From the IMG/VR virus record IMGVR_UViG_3300031335_000002: a stretch of 20,000 nt of DNA; one strand, 5' to 3'. Numbering within the stretch: the stretch's first letter is position 1; the number at the start of each line of letters is the position of its first letter. A model generated the notes under the pieces. The model ran no database searches, was not told the origin of the DNA, and saw nothing but the letters and a program-made list of their open reading frames with translations. Positions 16,887 to 20,000 of this stretch are shown here, one piece after another. The position numbers were made by a program, and so were the translations under genes. Origin of the DNA: an uncultured virus (IMG/VR IMGVR_UViG_3300031335_000002) (taxonomy: Duplodnaviria; Heunggongvirae; Uroviricota; Caudoviricetes).

Positions 16887-16930
16887 TGAACAGTTTATAC
16901 ACATGTTCAGGTGTTAGCTTTCAAAGCCCG
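16887..16930 (-). repeat. Trailer element copy (CGGGCTTTGAAAGCTAACACCTGAACATGTGTATAAACTGTTCA)
   Basis: Identical to 19315-19358 and 19675-19718; variant core at 18517-18544. Confidence 0.9.
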
Positions 16931-17185
16931 TTAAAACTGAGAAAGCTCGTAGGTCATGAGCGTGAACTCAAGAGTGTCCTTGTAAGACATATAGACTTCC
17001 CCTTCATTTGCAAAGCTGAAAGGATCAGACCCATCGTCAAACATGAGATCACAGTAGATCCCTTTCTTGTTGATGACAGTTGCGTACGCTGTAGACCTAC
17101 CATCTTCTTTGATGATACCAGTGAACAACTCTGTATCTATATCTTCGTGCTTACTGGTCCCGGTTTGGATGATCTTGAGTGACAT
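16931..17185 (-). CDS. Hypothetical protein (84 aa)
   Basis: GAAAGGG RBS within the repeated leader. Confidence 0.7.
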   Translation of the reverse strand: MSLKIIQTGTSKHEDIDTELFTGIIKEDGRSTAYATVINKKGIYCDLMFDDGSDPFSFANEGEVYMSYKDTLEFTLMTYELSQF

Positions 17186-17189
17186 GGTC

Positions 17190-17259
17190 GTGCCCTTTCA
17201 TTGAGCGTTGGGTTGATGAACTTTCGTTCATTATAGATGCTTCGTTTTTCTCACTTTTT
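17190..17259 (-). promoter_or_regulatory. Repeated early promoter/leader element (TATAAT box, GAAA-loop hairpin, 21-bp repeat, RBS)
   Basis: Identical to 19564-19640 and 19924-20000 apart from a 7-bp duplication in those copies; perfect TATAAT at 17230-17235. Confidence 0.7.
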
Positions 17260-17314
17260 CTCGTACGTTTTTCCACCTTGTTACATGGCAACATCTAGTG
17301 TTTCTGGCTTGCGG

Positions 17315-17659
17315 TCAATGTTCATCATCATCACCCGAAAACCAAACAGTGTTGCTAGGGCCTTCAACCGTATAGCTTTTTTGGCATAGCCCCTCACAAA
17401 GAAGTTTTGCAAGTTCGTTGGTTCGCTTAAGTATGTCAGCCTCACTGATCGGAAAACGTGGGTACTGGATGCGACTCACACAAAACCCAGCTTCGTCGCC
17501 ATCGGTGTATATATAGTCCAAAGAGGTGACCGCATAACAGTCACCGATCTTGTCGCAGTATTCTCGGACAATTATCTTTGCCAGCGTCACGTCACCCGCC
17601 ATCCAAATTTTATGGGTGCAGGATTTGTTTGTTAGTGATGTCATTGTCTCAGTTTTCAT
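17315..17659 (-). CDS. Hypothetical phage protein
   Basis: GGAGG RBS, ATGA overlap; the YIYT.G.E.GF.V..I.YPRFP pattern is recalled from other phage hypothetical proteins and has not been checked. Confidence 0.75.
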   Translation of the reverse strand: MKTETMTSLTNKSCTHKIWMAGDVTLAKIIVREYCDKIGDCYAVTSLDYIYTDGDEAGFCVSRIQYPRFPISEADILKRTNELAKLLCEGLCQKSYTVEGPSNTVWFSGDDDEH

Positions 17660-18486
17660 GTTGGCCTCCCAGCCACAAGATTGGGGAGATGAACAGCTTG
17701 CGCTTCGATAAAGTTTACAAAGCTTATCCGCTCCGCTCCCAGTGATGTACCGCCGCGAGTCTTGTTCCAGTGAGTCCGGGCATCGTCAGATGTGAACCAT
17801 CGGCAACCGGCTTTAATCCATACTTGGTCATCCCTGACCACGCTGAAAAATTCATAGCCGTCGACGCTCGGCCCAACACGCAAAATACCATGAGCCTTAC
17901 TTAGGTCGGCACCACTCAGATTAGCTTCACGCAAATTGGCACCACTCAGATTAGCTTCACACAGATCGGCATAACGCAGATCGACATAGCTCAGATAGGC
18001 ATAACGCAGATCGGCATAGTGCAGATTGGCATAGCACAGATTAGCCTCAGTCAGATCGGCCTCATTCAGATTGGCATAGCTCAGATTGGCACCATGCAGA
18101 TTGACATAGCGCAGATTGGCACCACTTAGGAGAGCACCATGCAGATCGGCATAGCGCAGATTGGCCTCACTCAGATTGGCATAGCGCAGATTGGTCTCAC
18201 GCAGATTGGCATAGCTCAGATCGGCATAGCGCAGATTGGCACCACTTAGGAGAGCACCATGCAGATCGGCATAGCACAGATCGGCCACAGTCAAATCGGC
18301 CTCACTCAGATCGGCATACCGCAGATTGGCACCACTTAGGAGAGCACCACTCAGATCGACGCCGTTTTCTATAGCCCATCTTACGGCCAGACCAATTTTT
18401 GCTGGGTCCGAAACGTCGTCGGTGCAGCCAAAGTTAGCTGTGAACTGGATTTCTCCGGTGTGGCGGTTTTGGATATCGTATTTCAT
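17656..18486 (-). CDS. Pentapeptide repeat protein with C-terminal domain (intact paralog)
   Basis: Long A(D/N)Lxx repeat array; C-terminal IKAGCRWFT...ARTHW domain; AGGAGG RBS. Confidence 0.93.
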   Translation of the reverse strand: MKYDIQNRHTGEIQFTANFGCTDDVSDPAKIGLAVRWAIENGVDLSGALLSGANLRYADLSEADLTVADLCYADLHGALLSGANLRYADLSYANLRETNLRYANLSEANLRYADLHGALLSGANLRYVNLHGANLSYANLNEADLTEANLCYANLHYADLRYAYLSYVDLRYADLCEANLSGANLREANLSGADLSKAHGILRVGPSVDGYEFFSVVRDDQVWIKAGCRWFTSDDARTHWNKTRGGTSLGAERISFVNFIEAQAVHLPNLVAGRPT

Positions 18487-18547
18487 TTTGGCCTCCTAGC
18501 CACAAGATTGGGTTGATGAACAGTTTATACACATGTTTAGGTGTCAT

Positions 18548-18575
18548 AATAAGACCTGACTAATCAGATCTTATT
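18548..18575 (-). other. 12-bp hairpin between the pentapeptide paralogs
   Basis: AAUAAGAUCUGA-UUAG-UCAGGUCUUAUU with one U-G pair. Confidence 0.5.
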
Positions 18576-18623
18576 GGGTAACATCTGTGCTTCGATAAAG
18601 TTTACAAACGTTATCCGCTCCGC

Positions 18624-19277
18624 TCAAGAGTGGCCGTCGGCGCTCGGCCCAACACGCAAAATACCATGAGCTTTACTTAGATTGGCCTCACTTGGGAGAG
18701 CACCATGCAGATTGGCCCCACGCAGATTGGCCCCACGCAGATTGGCCCCACGCAGATTGGCCCCAGTCAGATCAGCCTCACTCAGATTGGCATAGCTCAG
18801 ATTGGCACCATGCAGATCGGTCTCACGCAGATTGACAACATGCAGATTGGCACTATGCAGATTGACATAGCGCAGATTGGCATTACTTAGGAGAGCACCA
18901 TGCAGATCGGCATAGCGCAGATCAACATAGCTCAGATCGGCATAGCGCAGATTGGCATGGCGCAGATTGGCATGGCGCAGATTGGCACCATGCAGATCGG
19001 CATAGCGCAGATTGGAAACATGCAGATTGGCCTCACGCAGATTGGCACCACTTAGGAGAGCACCATGCAGATCGGCATAGCGCAGATTGACACCACTCAG
19101 ATTGGCATAGCGCAGATTGGCACCATTTAGGAGAGCACCGCTCAGATCGACGTCGTTTTCTATAGCCCATCTTACGGCCAGACCAATTTTTACTGAGTCC
19201 GAAAAGTCGTTGGCGCAGGCAAAGTCAGCCGTAAACTGGATTTCTCCAGTGTGGCGGTTTTGGATATCGTATTTCAT
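18624..19277 (-). CDS. Pentapeptide repeat protein, C-terminally deleted paralog
   Basis: Same N-terminus MKYDIQNRHTGEIQFTA; A(D/N)Lxx repeats; net 111-nt deletion and GGA>TGA relative to the neighbouring copy. Confidence 0.88.
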   Translation of the reverse strand: MKYDIQNRHTGEIQFTADFACANDFSDSVKIGLAVRWAIENDVDLSGALLNGANLRYANLSGVNLRYADLHGALLSGANLREANLHVSNLRYADLHGANLRHANLRHANLRYADLSYVDLRYADLHGALLSNANLRYVNLHSANLHVVNLRETDLHGANLSYANLSEADLTGANLRGANLRGANLRGANLHGALPSEANLSKAHGILRVGPSADGHS

Positions 19278-19367
19278 GTTGGCCTCCTAGCCACAAGATT
19301 GAGCGTTGGGTTGATGAACAGTTTATACACATGTTCAGGTGTTAGCTTTCAAAGCCCGTTTATTGCT

Positions 19368-19559
19368 CTAAACCAGAGCAACAATAAATGCAACAATTGG
19401 AAACTGTGCAATTATTGCAGTAAAAGCATAAGCTATTGGGGCTGCCCATACTGCGTTATAAACGGTTGCTCCAACAACAGTAGCAATTTTCATTGCAGCA
19501 AAGTTGATCCCAAAAGAACCTAAGATCGCAACGAAACCAGAGATAGCAATAGCAAACAT
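19368..19559 (-). CDS. Small hydrophobic membrane protein (63 aa), copy 1
   Basis: Almost entirely hydrophobic; GAAAGGG RBS. Confidence 0.7.
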   Translation of the reverse strand: MFAIAISGFVAILGSFGINFAAMKIATVVGATVYNAVWAAPIAYAFTAIIAQFPIVAFIVALV

Positions 19560-19563
19560 AGTT

Positions 19564-19640
19564 GTGCCCTTTCATTGAGCGTTGGGTTGATGAACGATGA
19601 ACTTTCGTTCATTATAGATGCTTCGTTTTTCTCACTTTTT
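19564..19640 (-). promoter_or_regulatory. Repeated early promoter/leader element
   Basis: Copy of 17190-17259; TATAAT at 19611-19616. Confidence 0.7.
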
Positions 19641-19727
19641 AGTGGGCTTTTTAGCAACTTGAGCGTTGGGTTGATGAACAGTTTATACACATGTTCAGGT
19701 GTTAGCTTTCAAAGCCCGTTTATTGCT

Positions 19728-19919
19728 CTAAACCAGAGCAACAATAAATGCAACAATTGGAAACTGTGCAATTATTGCAGTAAAAGCATAAGCTATTGGG
19801 GCTGCCCATACTGCGTTATAAACGGTTGCTCCAACAACAGTAGCAATTTTCATTGCAGCAAAGTTGATCCCAAAAGAACCTAAGATCGCAACGAAACCAG
19901 AGATAGCAATAGCAAACAT
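19728..19919 (-). CDS. Small hydrophobic membrane protein (63 aa), copy 2
   Basis: Identical to 19368-19559. Confidence 0.7.
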   Translation of the reverse strand: MFAIAISGFVAILGSFGINFAAMKIATVVGATVYNAVWAAPIAYAFTAIIAQFPIVAFIVALV

Positions 19920-19923
19920 AGTT

Positions 19924-20000
19924 GTGCCCTTTCATTGAGCGTTGGGTTGATGAACGATGAACTTTCGTTCATTATAGATGCTTCGTTTTTCTCACTTTTT
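19924..20000 (-). promoter_or_regulatory. Repeated early promoter/leader element
   Basis: Copy of 19564-19640; TATAAT at 19971-19976. Confidence 0.7.

Larger units (their letters stand above)
19299..20000. repeat. Exact tandem duplication with 360-bp period (19299-19658 and 19659 to beyond the window end)
   Basis: 19299-19640 is identical to 19659-20000 by direct comparison. Confidence 0.97.

Noticed and set aside
16887..16914. Pistol ribozyme
   Set aside because: Shares a stem, a 6-nt loop pseudoknot and an AAA linker, but lacks the P2/P3 helices and the cleavage-site strand
18705..18890. Plus-strand ORF MQIGPTQIGPTQ...
   Set aside because: Antisense shadow of the pentapeptide repeats
17656..19277. 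Diversity-generating retroelement template/variable repeat pair
   Set aside because: No reverse transcriptase in the window, and the differences are repeat reshuffling rather than adenine-specific substitutions
497..19883. All other plus-strand ORFs and nested alternative-frame minus ORFs (for example 2516-2812, 8968-9162, 10248-10616, 12481-12663, 16526-16762)
   Set aside because: They overlap well-supported minus-strand genes or regulatory repeats and have no recognisable motifs
17201..19955. CRISPR mini-array made of the 21-bp repeats
   Set aside because: Spacing is highly irregular, the intervals contain genes and promoters, some intervals are identical, and no cas gene is present

Overview
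A fragment of a dsDNA bacteriophage genome with all credible genes on the minus strand. Reading from right to left in the direction of transcription, it begins with a repeat-rich early/accessory region (about 14.7-20 kb) of small genes, many hydrophobic, including two tandem pentapeptide-repeat paralogs, an exact 360-bp tandem duplication, and a shared set of promoter, leader and trailer elements flanking unrelated ORFs. Next come an HD-domain nucleotidase and an HTH protein, then a short T7-type single-subunit RNA polymerase split inside its DxRGR motif by a 721-nt group I intron (IA2-like) that encodes a NUMOD4-HNH endonuclease. The replication module follows: SSB, a DUF3310-like protein, family A DNA polymerase, 5'-3' exonuclease, a GIY-YIG nuclease, and a primase-helicase with a 327-aa LAGLIDADG intein. 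Features not shown on the ORF track include two SP6-like promoter candidates, a roughly 100-aa gene broken at an A11/A-AAA-AAG slippery tract, a NUMOD4 gene remnant and a four-copy compact pseudoknot motif. All calls come from reading motifs by eye; no database searches were run.
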